A DNA stretch of 64,000 nucleotides from Felis catus (taxonomy: Eukaryota): contig NC_058368.1 of NCBI RefSeq assembly GCF_018350175.1, forward strand, positions 54,376,001 through 54,440,000, in the 5' to 3' direction. Below, one piece after another: positions 13,101 through 25,169 of the stretch (position 1 is its first letter; each line of letters opens with the position of its first letter). The position numbers and the translations under genes were made by a program. Under the pieces are notes generated by a model that was not told where the DNA came from, ran no database searches, and was given only the letters and a program-made list of their open reading frames with translations.

Positions 13101-14344
13101 TGCCCCTTAGTGTAGGGAAGGGAAAGAAGGGAGAGATTAGAGTAGGTAGACGGAGAAAAGAGAAAAGGTGGTCTAAATATTGCAAACAGGCTAATGAACT
13201 TCTATAAATAGAAATTAAATTTTAACTTGTTTACTTTCTTAACAAAAGAATTCAATAATATTAATAACTAATATTATTGGGCTTTTATTTGTATTCCTTC
13301 ATCGTGCTAATGAATGTCCTTAGTAACTACTTAGTACAACTATTTGAGGTGATGTTATCATTTTACAAATATGTGACCAAGATCATAGAGGTAGTAAGAG
13401 GCACAACTCAGTCTAATTCATATTCTTATCCAACTCTTTCTTCATATTCTTCTGTAAATTCCTTCCAGCTTTCCTGACTTGAGTGGCTGTTGTATTGTTC
13501 CAAACACACTACTTCTACTACTACTATTAATACTACTAGTGCTTGTTAGCTTATTTTGGTTAAAACTATGAAAAAAGGTTGAGTTTTCTATTTGTATGGC
13601 CTCCAGTGCAGAGATAAAGAATTCTTTGACAGGTAAAGAAAGAAAAAGGATCTTAGCAGGCAGACATTTGGAGTCAGAAACTTGAAACCAGAGGTGTTCA
13701 AGAAAGTGTAAACTCCTCTGGAATTCTCAGAAACCTTTTCGGGTGCTTGAGAATTTCCACAAGACATGGATCTTTGCGTTAAAAGGGCAGCATGAACGCA
13801 GCTGGTATTTGAGTTACATTTGGAAAGGTCACAACTTGACCTTTGGGAACTCACACTTATCTTTCCTAACAATCTAGTTAATAATCTTTTCTGTATTTAT
13901 TATCTGGCAATTTTACATCAAAATTGCCTGGGTTACAGTTTGAGACATACTATTACTCGTTTCTATGTGTGGTATATTTTTATCTCTAGGTTTGGAAAAG
14001 GTGGCCGTATTCTTAGTTTGCTCAGGATAATCTTGGTTTATGCTTCTTCTCCTAGAAAAATTATGAATAGAGTCCTCCTTTGTATAATTAATTATATGAT
14101 TACCCTATCTTTTAGTGCCATGTATATTTCTTATTATCTTGGAAGGATTCTAATAGCGGTTTATCAGTCTCACCTTCAAATTTTCTAAGGTCACAATGAT
14201 GCAATCTAATTAGATAAAATATATGAACTCATTACTCTTAATACAATTTCTCAGAAATATGACTGTTACGAATCTATAATTGACTGCAAGATATATGTGA
14301 CAGAATTTATCTTCCATACTTCTCTACTAAAGAAAACACTGCAG

Positions 14345-14610
14345 ACTAATGGATAAAGTGAGGGCATTGGAGTCAATGATGCCTGGGTTCATTTCTCAGT
14401 TTCGATAATAATTGTGTGATTTTTCAGAACTTACTTTTGAGCCACTATTCTTTGTCTTTCTATTTCTTTATCCTTAAAACAAAGATCCCAATGAATGAAC
14501 TTCATAAGGTTGTCATAAAGGTTCAATTTGGTACTATATAAAATGATGAGCATTACGCCTCCACTAAGTAGGAACAGGCTTTGATAAATGGTCACTCTAT
14601 TGCTGTTATT
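14345..14610 (+). mobile_element. MIR SINE
   Basis: GGCATTGGAGTCAATGATGCCTGGGTTC...CATAAGGTTGTCATAAAG...ATAAATGG. Confidence 0.7.
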
Positions 14611-15012
14611 TTCGTGCAAGAAATGCTCTTCAATCCCAATCAGGTAATAAGGTGAGTGATGTCTGGCTCAAGAAGAAAATGAACTTCTGAATTTAAATAA
14701 ACTCAACAATTTTATTCACTATTTTTTAAGATACAAAAGTAATTTCATAATCTAAAAAAGTAAGCTCTATCACTGAATAATAAGTGACACATTTGAAAAT
14801 TTCAGAAATATAAACACTTTAAATCTATTCACAAATAAATATTTAACTTTCACCCATAGTCTGATGTTTGTTTAAAAGCAGTTTTTCTTTTTAAAACTCA
14901 TCTGCTTTGAAAGATATTCAGAATTTTGAAAAAAATATTCTCAATTTGTAAATCTCTGCCTCTCATTTGATTCTCAAATTTTCAGATAAATCAAGATACC
15001 TTCATTTTTTTA

Positions 15013-15210
15013 GTTTTTTTTAAATACAATTTTATTGAGGGATAACTTACCTACTATGAATTCATACACTTAATTATACATTTTAATGACTTCTAGTAAA
15101 TTTACCAAGTGGTGCAGTCCTCACCATATCCAGTTTGACAGCATTTTTGTCATCCAATAAGATCCTTCATATCCTTTTACAGTTAATCCCCATTCTCACC
15201 CCAACCCCAG
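15013..15210 (-). mobile_element. L1MB-like 3' UTR fragment
   Basis: T-rich tail then TTTATTGAGGGATAAC...TAGTAAATTTACCAAGTGGTGCAG...CCCCAACCCCAG. Confidence 0.75.
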
Positions 15211-15618
15211 TCAAAATAAGTTTTATTTTATTTTAAATGACCAATCATATTGAAACTTTTTCCTCATTCCTCCCAAGGCCACTCTGAATCAGGAATAGCA
15301 TTAGAGAGGATATGACTCTCTTTCAACAAAAAATGAAGTGAGAATAGATTCACGTCTACAGGAACAGGAAAGAAGGGCTGGCAGGGGAGGTCAGGATGGC
15401 ACCACTTGATTGGAACTCAACAGAGTTGAGTTATGCTACCCCGGGTAGCATAAACCTGAACACTTTCAGTGGAAGTCTGTGCCCCAGTAAATATAGAAGC
15501 CTCACTCTTGTCTCATTATGTTTTGCATATAATATGATTTGTAACATATTTCAAAATTGACCAAGCCTGTAAATTACCATTACTGAGACTGGGAACTTGC
15601 TGATTATTTCAGCATAAT

Positions 15619-16096
15619 TTTATCAGTCAAGAACTTGACAGAAAGCAGTTCTGATTATTCAAATTGAGTGCATTTAATGAAGAAAATCAATTGCATGGAT
15701 GATGTAAGAGTAGACAAAGCTGACTAAAGACAGGAAGGCAGCCCAGAGATTAGCTACTAGAAGCTGCTACCCTTGGAGTGGAGGAGCACTGGGAGAAGAT
15801 GGTATTAACCAAGAAACCAAGGCCATACAATGAAAGCCAGGACTGCACTGAGGCCTGCTTGGTAGAAACTGGAACAGTTAGAGGGCAGGGTAGCTATTGA
15901 GAACTAGAAACAGATGCATCAGAAAGCAAAGGCCAGAGGATAGCCACCATTCCCTCTTTGTCTCTTCCTTAACCTACTGGCTGCTTCTATCAAGAATTCA
16001 GAGGTAAAGAGCACAGAGGAATGTAGTTCCTACAACATAGCAAAACTGGGAAGAGGCAGTAAAAATCTTAAAGCAAATTGGCTGTCGCCTGGCACA
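15619..16096 (-). mobile_element. Old ERVL-type LTR (LTR33/LTR78-like); candidate 3' LTR
   Basis: TATCAGTCAAG start, GGCAGCCCAGAGATTAGC..GAAGCTGCTACCC motif and ...GCAAA...GGCACA end resemble reverse-strand old ERVL LTRs; exact family uncertain. Confidence 0.55.
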
Positions 16097-16859
16097 AAAG
16101 TCTAGGATATTCAGCTGATGGGCTGACTGTATGGGAGAAAGCACATAGAAAGTGTTCATTCCTCACGTCTGAAAGACCCATCCTTCCCTTTGTCAAAATG
16201 AAAGAGCCAGTGCCAGTCCTGTGGCCCACTGAACTTTTTCCCCTTGGTTTTGACAAATTTCTGGAGGAGAAGGGAAGAGGAGTATTGGAATAAGAACGAG
16301 GAAGTTAAATAATGTTTTTACTTCCTTCTGGAGACCAATATCTTTCCCAGCTTTTGTTTCTCTTTTAATCCAATGGTTTTACTAACAATGCCTTAGTGAC
16401 CTAGGAATGCTGATAACTGCTCTTAAGGGAGAAAGGTATCAGAGAACTAGAAAACCAGGGCTTAAAGGGACGTGAGACTGTATCTTGCAGCAGAGACTGT
16501 TGGTTTGAACCCAATTTTATTCAGATTGAAATTGCACATAGTTGGAGGACACATTCAGCTGGGCTGAATGAAAAAGGTGCCTGAAACCTGCCACCATATT
16601 GAGGGACTATTGAGTGTATTCTACATACGAATCTCCAACAGAAAAGAATGAAGCTGGGCTGACTTTCGATGTTCTGCGGTCAAGTCATGCATATTAACAC
16701 AATGTTTTCTTTTCACATCTCTCTCTGCCTGTCCTCTGTAAGAGTTCAGAGATGAAGGCCTAACAGACTGGCCAGTGATGGAATGGATGCTTCAGAGCTA
16801 TTTCAGGAGGGCTACAAGAATCCCCCGGTTTAGTCCTACTACAAATCCATCGTTGATCC

Positions 16860-17700
16860 TGGACGCAGGCTACAGCTGGCAAAGGAAAGGAAATACAGGG
16901 TTCAAAGTAAGGTGAGGAGGCTCATGGCCAAAAAATCCCATATGCAGGGACTACTTATGGCCTACTCTGGCCCATCTGGAAGTTCACTGCTTTTACCCTT
17001 TAGAGTTCCCAAGAGAGCCTGTCTGGAAGGAGAAATACACCCCTATCCCCACTAACAACAGACCCTGCGTGCTGCATGTGGGATATCACTCAGCAGGCAC
17101 AGCTGCACTTGCAGTCTTATATAAACAGCCGAGGCCTTTCCTAAAGCATGAGTTTCAGTCTTTCTTGTGGGGAGCTTTTCTCCTAATTTCAAGTTCCCTG
17201 CACATATATGATCTTCAGAAACTGGGCCAAATGTAAATCATGTTAAAGGGTGAAAAAAGATGGCATTTGGGCCAGGGTCCAGGATATCAGCCACTTGAAT
17301 CCTTCCTTCAACCCACATGGCCCCAAATGCAATGTGCCTGAGAGATATGTGCACAGAGGGCAAGGCCAGACTAGAGCATATTCTTCATCATTACGTGGCT
17401 TTTGCCCCGAATCCCAATGTAATATCACCTCCTCAGGCAGTTACCAAATGGAATTGGCCCCAGACTGGTCTCACCTGTCAAACATGTGGGAGCAGATCCC
17501 ACCACTACTGACTCGGGGCTTAACTTGGCACCAAAAAGTCTCCACCCATTAGGACTGAGGCCAAATGACATTCCCTGACTTTGACAATGACCTATTTTTG
17601 ATGGAAGAAGAAGGATGAGTGAGAAGGAGGCAGGAATTGGTCCCATTTGGTTGGCTGATGTGTAAGGAACAGGACAGGAATGTCAGCTTCCTCTAAGGGG
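16860..17700 (-). mobile_element. Decayed ERV-L pol/integrase remnant
   Basis: Minus strand GGAGGTGATATTACATTGGG (17413-17433) resembles the ERV-L integrase WQVDYIG motif, followed by a YSGxGFA-like region; no intact frame. Confidence 0.5.
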
Positions 17701-17859
17701 CCAAGGTTAAGATGCTGTGTTCATGTTATTTGTGTACCTTTGTTGAAGTAGGAACTCTGCACAGTTTAGCAGAAAACTTTTTGCCTGCATAACATTCCTT
17801 CTCTCTTTTATTACAGTTCTTTAATTTTTCTCACTTATTCTAAATTCATGTTAACCCTA

Positions 17860-17990
17860 CCCCTTAGTGTCCAGATGGACAGATATGTTCTAGACCCAGA
17901 CAATCATAGTATTCCATCCCCTCAGCCACAGCACTATAGAGATGGCAATGGCAATCAACAAAGCCAATGAGTCTACTCTTTGAGATCTTC
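17860..17990. mobile_element. LTR16/MLT1-like LTR fragment
   Basis: CAATCATAGTATTCCATCCCCTCAGCCACAG...GCCAATGAG motif typical of old class III LTRs. Confidence 0.45.
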
Positions 17991-19642
17991 TCTTCTATTA
18001 AATAGCAGAACTACCCACATCTCATTTTCATTCATTAGCTGACTTTGCTCAATATAGCCCAGAGTATTGGTTTGCTGCCATTCATGGTACATCCTTTGGA
18101 AAATGTTCCAGATTATTTTTGTATTCCTTATTATGCCATTAAATTCAATTCTCTTATTGATTCCAGTTTATATGATCTACTCTGTGAACAAAGCATTGGC
18201 ACTGAAGTTAGAGTTGGCAGGGCATCTAATCAACATTTAATAGAATATATGCTAGCGAGATGTTGTATACCCATGGTGAAAGAGTGAGCCTCAAATATGT
18301 GCTTGAAGCCTTTTAGTGAACTGGAACCAAGAACTTCAACTTGTAGGTGCATTAAGTCTCATAACTTTGAGTCCTACGTTGGCAAACTGCTTAAATTGCT
18401 TTCTTGGTCACAAGGGCAAAGTCATGTCAGGAGTGAACTAGTTAACTTAAACTCTGAAAACTTGCTGTTCTGTCCGGGATATTCTGCCTGCCAGGGGCAC
18501 TTGTTGCACTCTGCTCTCTTTGTATGAGTGGTCTTCTTGGCCCTGATCCTGGGCCCTAGCTGTTCCAATAGTTGATCCCTCTAAGAGTCAGGGCTTCCTT
18601 TCACTTTATAGAAAAGCTTCCCCTCCAACTCCCCTAAATTTGCAGTAGGAAATCAGCCCAGGCCATATTATTTGCTCTCTGGTAAACAACATGGAAACTT
18701 GGTGAGCTTTGGGGTTCAGCTAATGCCCTCATACTCCAACCCCTGAAAGATGGGCTGAAGTTCTCTCTTAACTTTCTACAAAGCCTGGATTTATAACAGG
18801 TTAAATAATCAGTTTCTAATATTTCTATTCCCTAGATGCTTTTGGGGGGGATTTTGGACTTCATCAGCTTAGAGAACTAACACAGAAAAGTATATGATTT
18901 TTCCATTCTCCCACATATTTGTTCATATTTTTTAAGGTGTCAACGCAGCCTGGAGCAGCCCCCTCATTGCTGAATAAAGGGGCCCCAAAACTTGCTGTCC
19001 TGTGGACATTTGCATTCTCTATGTACAGCAGTCCTCTAACAATTTAGATTTTATTTTGATACATTATGTCCTATTACCACACATACTGGAGGAACAATAA
19101 CGCTGGAATCACACATTATTTTAGAACTAGTATGATATGCTTGTCCAATATTATCTTTTGTGAAACAAAAATATAAAAAGTTCAGGACAAGTAATTTAAT
19201 ACCTGTGAAAGTTAGCCCTCTGAATTTTTCCATGGGTTTCTCCAGGTAATTTATATCATAACTAGGTAATATTTGCATATTTCTCTTTTCCAGAAAAATC
19301 TGGCCTTTAGGACTCATTCTCTTATCTCAGAGTTTTACTCTTAGGATTGTATAGCATCCTTCAGTTCTTTGATTTGATTATGGGAACCTCTGTCCCTAAG
19401 TTGCCAAATGTTTGAGCCTCTGACCATCTGCCCATTATATGATGACTAGTGACTAGATGATATACCAAAGGAGGAAATGGGCAAGTATTTTAGGCTTTCT
19501 CCACTTAGCACCACCTAAAGCATTTACTGTGATATCACTTCCTGATATTTATTCTCAATTTACTAGAATTGAGCTGTTCCAAACACTTGTGCCTTCCCGT
19601 TGCTTATCTGGATTCTGGAGCTTAACTCAAAATTTCCCTTAG

Positions 19643-19864
<222 letters not shown>

Positions 19865-20741
19865 TAAAACTCAGGGCAAGGCATCTTGGGCATTTTGAAA
19901 CTAGGTGAGTGCACTATGTTTGTTCTTCATGCACACTTAATGGACTGGATTCTTCATCCTGGGGCTTGGAGTGAGCCCTGTGGAGTTGGGGGGAAATGCA
20001 GGGATGAAGACTAAGTGTTATTCAAAGATCCCCCCCATGTCTTGAGGAAATATGTGGGATTATTTGGGTAGAAGTTGGAAAGTTTGTAGAAATCTGAGTG
20101 GAGGTTACATTTGAGCTGAGTCTTTTAAATTTTTTAGCAACAATTTTTCTCAACATATTTAATAAATGCTCCCTATAGAAAATGTGTGTGTGTCGGGGAG
20201 GGGGGGAGCTAAATCTCATTAGGGTGTGTATTTTTTTTCTAAAAAGAAAACCCAATTTCTTGCTTTTATAGCTCAGCTAGCACAAAAGAGGCAATGTGGT
20301 AGTGAAGAAAATTAATGTCAGTGAAAATAATATGCTGAGGTGAGAATGAGTCCAAATTCATTTTATGACTTCAATCTTCACATCTGAATGTAAAGAAAAA
20401 TACACATATTTACTGCTCAGTAGTGTCACATAAGTACTGTACTTTGAATTGTGTATCTAAGATGCAAGATAGAAATATTTTCTGGAATAAGTCACTGTTT
20501 ACTTTTTTATTATTGGGGAACTGACGTAGCTAAAGCAGTTCTTGGAAGAATTTGGCAAGCAGTGCTACCATTTTGTTGATGAAAGAGATTCAGAGAGGCT
20601 GATATATCTTTCCTGTTACACTACTACCATGCAATGTTTGTGATATTCTATTGGTTAATCAAATCTGCAGATTTAGAAATAAAGTGTTAGTCATAGAGAC
20701 AATGGGTCTTAGACTTTGGTTTCCTTTTAAATTTGCTTTTA

Positions 20742-20830
20742 TTCATTCATTATCATTCATTTAACTACTCATTCAAAAATGTTTACTGAGTGCCTCTTAC
20801 ATGGCAGATTATCTGAGACAAATATGCAGA
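20742..20830 (-). mobile_element. L2 3' end
   Basis: ATTCATTCATT...CATTCAAAAATGTTTACTGAGTGCC. Confidence 0.65.
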
Positions 20831-22043
20831 AAATGGTCCTTAAATTTTGAAGATGATAAAACTTTCCTGGGTTACACGATAAAAAAATGCAAACAACCAG
20901 GTTCCAGACTTATTATATTAGACTTTTTAGGGAGAAGATGAGTAAAATCCAGGGTATGCACATGCTTTGCCAGTTGGTTATGGATTTCTATTACATAATA
21001 ACATAACATAATCTGCAGCAGCAGATAAACAAAATTTTTGCTAATATTTGAAATTTCATAAGCCAGCTAGTTTTATCACAACTCTGTAAGATGCTATGCT
21101 ATTTAATTTATTATGATATACAAATTTATGCTACTTTCTACTCTTGGTGAACTCTTTAGCTGATAGCCTTGGTGTGTCAATCAAGCTCTCTAAAAATCTC
21201 AATGCAGGAAGGGAGGAAAACCATGTTACTTGTAATTTACTAAGTATCAAATTTGCATCCAACTAAAAAATACTGTAATTCTTGTGTCCTTAAAACTTCT
21301 TAGGGAAGAACAAACTTCTTATGGAAAAATATTTCAATCCCAAAACAGTTGGCCATGCAAAGGAATCCTAAGTGGTACCTGAAGAATACAAGAGAATTAC
21401 ATAATTTGTGGTCCTAGCTCAGGTCCTTCTTCCAGGAGACCTAGATTTCTCCTCAATATAAGACCTATATGCTATAGGTAGACCTATATACGATAGGTAT
21501 ATAGGTATATAAGACCTATATGGTAACTTATGTTCAGAAACTGGGTCTGAAGCTATGAATTTCCTCTATGGTGACTCAGGCCACTTTTCCACTCACCAGA
21601 CCTAGAGTTTTGTTTTGTTTCGATTTTTATCATATTTTCCAGGATACACTTTATGTATTTTCGCATTTCTTTTATTCTTAGGGTCACAGTGATTAATCAG
21701 CCACAACCACAGGTCCTTCCATATCAGGAACTGTTACTTCTTTCTATTATAGTAATTGTTCTCATCTTATACCTGACGGTTGGTTGCCATATCTGCTCTC
21801 TGCTCCTGTGGGATTCTCTTGTTCCTATTGCAATCTGTGAGCCCAGTCGGTGGCAGCATCTCCCAACTGTCATCTCTAATCTTTGCAGAGGACAGTCACC
21901 ACTGAGCTTTACAAAGAGGCTGACACCCCAAGCCAATGTGTTTCCCAATGTCTTCATGAAGAAAGTCTCCTCCAAATACTCCTGGAGGGATATGGTTGAT
22001 GGTTGCTGAATATGTTGCACATATTTGATCCACCTCAACATTT

Positions 22044-22280
22044 TTTTTGTTTTTTTACAGTTTATTTATTATTATTTATTTTTGAGTGAGAGAGTAAGCA
22101 AGAGCAGGGAAGGGGCAGAGAGAGAGAGAGAGAGAGATTGGGAGAGAGGAAATCTCAAGCAGGCCCTGCATTGCCAGCACAGAGCCTGATGTGGGGCTTA
22201 AACTCACAAACTGTAAGATCATGACCTGAACGGAAACCAAGAGTCCAATGTCCAACTGACTGAGCCACCCAGGTGCCCTG
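22044..22280 (-). mobile_element. Can-SINE inserted in ERV-L gag
   Basis: TSD ACCTCAACATTT at 22032-22043 and 22281-22292. Confidence 0.95.
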
Positions 22281-22565
22281 ACCTCAACATTTCTATTTCT
22301 GAGCCTTTGGATTTTCTCCTGTACAGTATGCCAGGGAAGTTCCATATCTCAGACACACTGAATACAGGCCATTATTGAGACTAGGCTTCAATTAACCAAC
22401 CAAACTGTCACCAATTGCTACTCAAAATTTAGAGTAATTTGTGACTAATTTAAATCTAGAATCACAATGAAATCACCTATGGTTTTATTCAGACAAATCT
22501 AACCTTATGTTCCATCTCATTTGGCTATCATCTTCAGAAATCATTCATGCATATATTCCCCAGAC

Positions 22566-22778
22566 TTTTTAATTTTTATTTATTTTTGAGAGAGAGAGAG
22601 AGAGAGAGCGAGCACAAGTGGGAGAGGGGCAGAGAGAGAGGGAGACACAGAATCGGAAACAGGCTCCAGGCTCTGAGCCATCAGCCCAGAGCCCGACGCG
22701 GGGCTCGAACTCACGGAGCGCGAGATCGTGACCTGGCTGAAGTCGGACGCTTAACCGACTGCGCCACCCAGGCGCCCC
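22566..22778 (-). mobile_element. Can-SINE with young SINEC_Fc 5' half and old-type 3' half
   Basis: Young diagnostics (CGGAAACAGG, GCCATCAGCCC, CTGGCTGAAG, CTGCGCCACC); 3' ~90 nt match the neighbouring copy. Confidence 0.93.
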
Positions 22779-22783
22779 AAGAC

Positions 22784-22991
22784 TTTTTAATTTTTATTTA
22801 TTTTTGAGAGAGAGAGAGAGCGAGCACAAGTGGGAGAGGGGCAGAGAGAGAGGGAGACACAGAATCTGAAGCAGGCTCCAGGCTCTGAGCTGTCAGCACA
22901 GAGCCTGACATGGGGCTCAAACTCACAAACTGTGAGATCATGACCTGAGCCAAAGTAGGATGCTTAACTGACTGAGCCTCCCAGGCGCCCC
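22784..22991 (-). mobile_element. Can-SINE, older CpG-decayed copy
   Basis: Full body; outer TSD TTCCCCAGA(C/T)TTTT at 22556-22569 and 22992-23005. Confidence 0.94.
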
Positions 22992-23714
22992 TTCCCCAGA
23001 TTTTTATTGATATATATTCATGAGGTCTTATAAGCTCTTCAGCACATTCACTATATTTTACTGGATAGTGTATGTACAAAATCCTTTCTCTTGCTCGGAC
23101 ATTCCAGAATCTGAATTTTTAAAAAAATGAACCTGGAGGCAGTGAGGAGTGGTAGAATCTGGATAAGAAGTAAGGATAAGAGGCCTTCTTTGGGGGCACA
23201 ACTGATGAATGTTTTTAATGAAAGAAAAGCAGTTTACCTAGACACGTGAGAAGGTGGCTGCTTCTGGCAAGGGTGGTGTAAAACGGTTTTGGGGGAAAAT
23301 GTTTCTCAGACTTGTCTTTGCCCCGATGTTCTCATTCCAAGAATAAGGGCCGCATTCCTTTTAAACCAGTGCCCATCCTTGGTATGGAAGACTTGGTGAG
23401 TCAGGCATTTAACTAGCTTGTAAATTTGCAAATTACATAATTAGATTTGGGGTTTATCCTTAGCCATCATGCAGACAGAACAATGGCCCTCAAAAATGTT
23501 CATGACCTAATGCCCAGAACTTGTGAATTTGTTACCTTACCTGGCATTAGGACTTTGCAGATGCGACTAATGTGTTTTTGAGATGTAGAGATTACTCAGG
23601 ATTATCAAGACAGGCCCATTGTAATCACAAGAGTCCTTATAAGTGAACGTAGGAAGCATGAAAGTCAAGGTCAGAGTCAGAGAGAGAGATTTGAGATGGG
23701 ACTGGCTAACTTTA

Positions 23715-23829
23715 TTTTTTATTTTATTTTTATTTATTATTTTTTAATGTTTATTTTATTTTTGAGAGACAGAGTGTGATTGGGGGACGGGCTGAGAAAG
23801 AGAATCCAACTGAGGCACCCAGGCGCCCC
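23715..23829 (-). mobile_element. Can-SINE with large internal deletion
   Basis: Tail and CT part joined at AGAATCC/AACTGAGG to the 5' ~22 nt; ~115 nt of body missing. Confidence 0.9.
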
Positions 23830-23860
23830 CTCTTCTTCCTCTTTAAAGTTAGCCAGTCCC

Positions 23861-24080
23861 GGGGTGCCTGGGTGGCTCAGTTAGTTAAGTGTCTGACTTC
23901 GGCTCAGGTCATGATCTCAGTCTGTGAGTTCAAACCCCGCATTGGGCTCTGTGCTGACACCTTGGAGCCTGGAGTCTGCTTCGTATTCTGTGTCTCCCTC
24001 TCTCTCTGCCCCTCCCCTGCTCATGCTCTGTCTCTCTCTGTCGCAAAAATAAATAAAAACATTAAAAAAAATACATAAAT
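23861..24080 (+). mobile_element. Can-SINE, full length
   Basis: GGGGTGCCTGGGTGGCTCAGTTAGTTAAG head through A-rich tail. Confidence 0.95.
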
Positions 24081-24722
24081 AAAGAGGAAGAAGAGGCCAC
24101 TAACCAGAAATGTAGGTGAGCTCTAGAAGCTAGAAAAGAAAGGGGATGTATTCTCCCTGTAGTCTCCAAAAAGAACACAGCCCCGCTGACACACCTTGAT
24201 TTTAGCACAGTCTGACCCATTTCAGACATCTGATCTCCAGATCTGTAAAATAAAAATTGTATGTTGTTTCAAGCTATTAAATTTGTGGCGATTTGTTAGA
24301 AAAGGAAAGGCAAACTAAATACCTTCATGCTTTCCCTGCAGGGATTATTTCCAAGCCATCATAGAAGGCTTTCTGACTCCCTAGAAGTGCCTTGAGTTGG
24401 TGGTTAAAGTCTCTGAGGTTATCACTTTCGTTTTGTCATCTTTGCAGTCCTGTAAGTGAGCTTATCTCCTCTCCCTCACAACCTCTGTCATCACCACTGG
24501 TGTCATTGTGGTCATAAGCATCTGTCAGTTGATTACCAAAAGGCTTCCGTCCACTGGTATTTTATCCCACACCACTGTGGTGACTTCTAAATAATCACAA
24601 TGCCTGCATGACAGAGATTTCTAATGACGCATTTCTGCTGGACAAGGGGGAGGTCTTCCTTGTGTTCACCAAGTAACATCTTTATCCTTTAATCCCATTT
24701 TGAAGCTTTTGTTTCTTCCCTA

Positions 24723-24740
24723 GAACTCCTCCTGATACCA
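24723..24740 (-). promoter_or_regulatory. ERV-L primer-binding site (tRNA-Leu type)
   Basis: Minus strand TGGTATCAGGAG...TTCTAG lies between the LTR-like sequence and gag; resembles ERV-L TGGTACCAGGAGTGGTTCTAG. Confidence 0.7.
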
Positions 24741-24745
24741 AATAC

Positions 24746-25080
24746 TATGCCATTCCAGGGCCTGGCAGAAAAATAGAATGCATTCCAGATGTTTTGAATG
24801 GACTATGTTAAGGGACAAAGCACTGAGAGAATAGAGATATCAGAAAGCTGTGAATGGATGGATAAATAAAGGGACAAGGAGAGAGAAAATAGTCATTGGA
24901 GTTCAAGGAAAGCTGTAAATGTTAAGGATGGCTTGGCTACCAGGGAGCTAGAGATTCTGGACCAATTCTGAGGATGTGGGGATGGAATAAAGTCAGCCTC
25001 TCTATTTTTCCCACCCACTGATCTCCAGGTTGTGCTTCCTGTTGGCCAAATTCAATCAGAATGAAGCTGGCAGTTAGAAC
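24746..25080 (-). mobile_element. Old ERVL-type LTR (LTR78/LTR33-like); 5' LTR of the gag-bearing element
   Basis: Abuts the PBS; CCAGGGCCTGGCAGAAAAATAGA..AGGGACAAGG..GATCTCCAGG..TTGGCCAAATTCAATCAGAA motifs. Confidence 0.6.
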
Positions 25081-25169
25081 TTTATGCTTTAGTCAGTAAT
25101 ACCCAGCATTACTGAAAACTTTAAAAAATGTTCATGAATGACATTTCAAATTAAGAAAATACTCTACCA

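Larger units (their letters stand above)
23468..24322 (+). mobile_element. MLT1D-like MaLR solo LTR, split by two SINEs
   Basis: CAGAACAATGGCCC..TGTGAATTTGTTACCTTAC..GGACTTTGCAGATG..GTAATCACAAGAGTCCTTATAAG and CTCTAGAAGCT..ACACCTTGATTTTAGC..AAACTAAATAC match the two MLT1D halves. Confidence 0.88.
21650..24720 (-). pseudogene. Decayed ERV-L gag (Fv1-related capsid family), interrupted by SINEs and MLT1D
   Basis: ELPWHTVQEKIQRLR (ORF 22076-22345) and MLRWIKYV...EETFFMKTLGNTL...LEMTVG (21724-22041) match ERV-L gag ELPWxxVEEGIQRLREIGMLEWI...EDTPFT; DNA at 22500-22560 and 23325-23430 matches KSGEYVWEWIL and ALIGKEWDPExWN regions; multiple frameshifts and stops. Confidence 0.8.

Noticed and set aside
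15433..15451. Similarity to the EBV EBNA1 site GGGTAGCATATGCTACCC
   Set aside because: Half-sites are in swapped order, there is a single copy, and no viral sequence is nearby.
21724..22345. Domesticated Fv1-like gag gene
   Set aside because: Frameshifted, SINE-interrupted and highly diverged; no intact reading frame.
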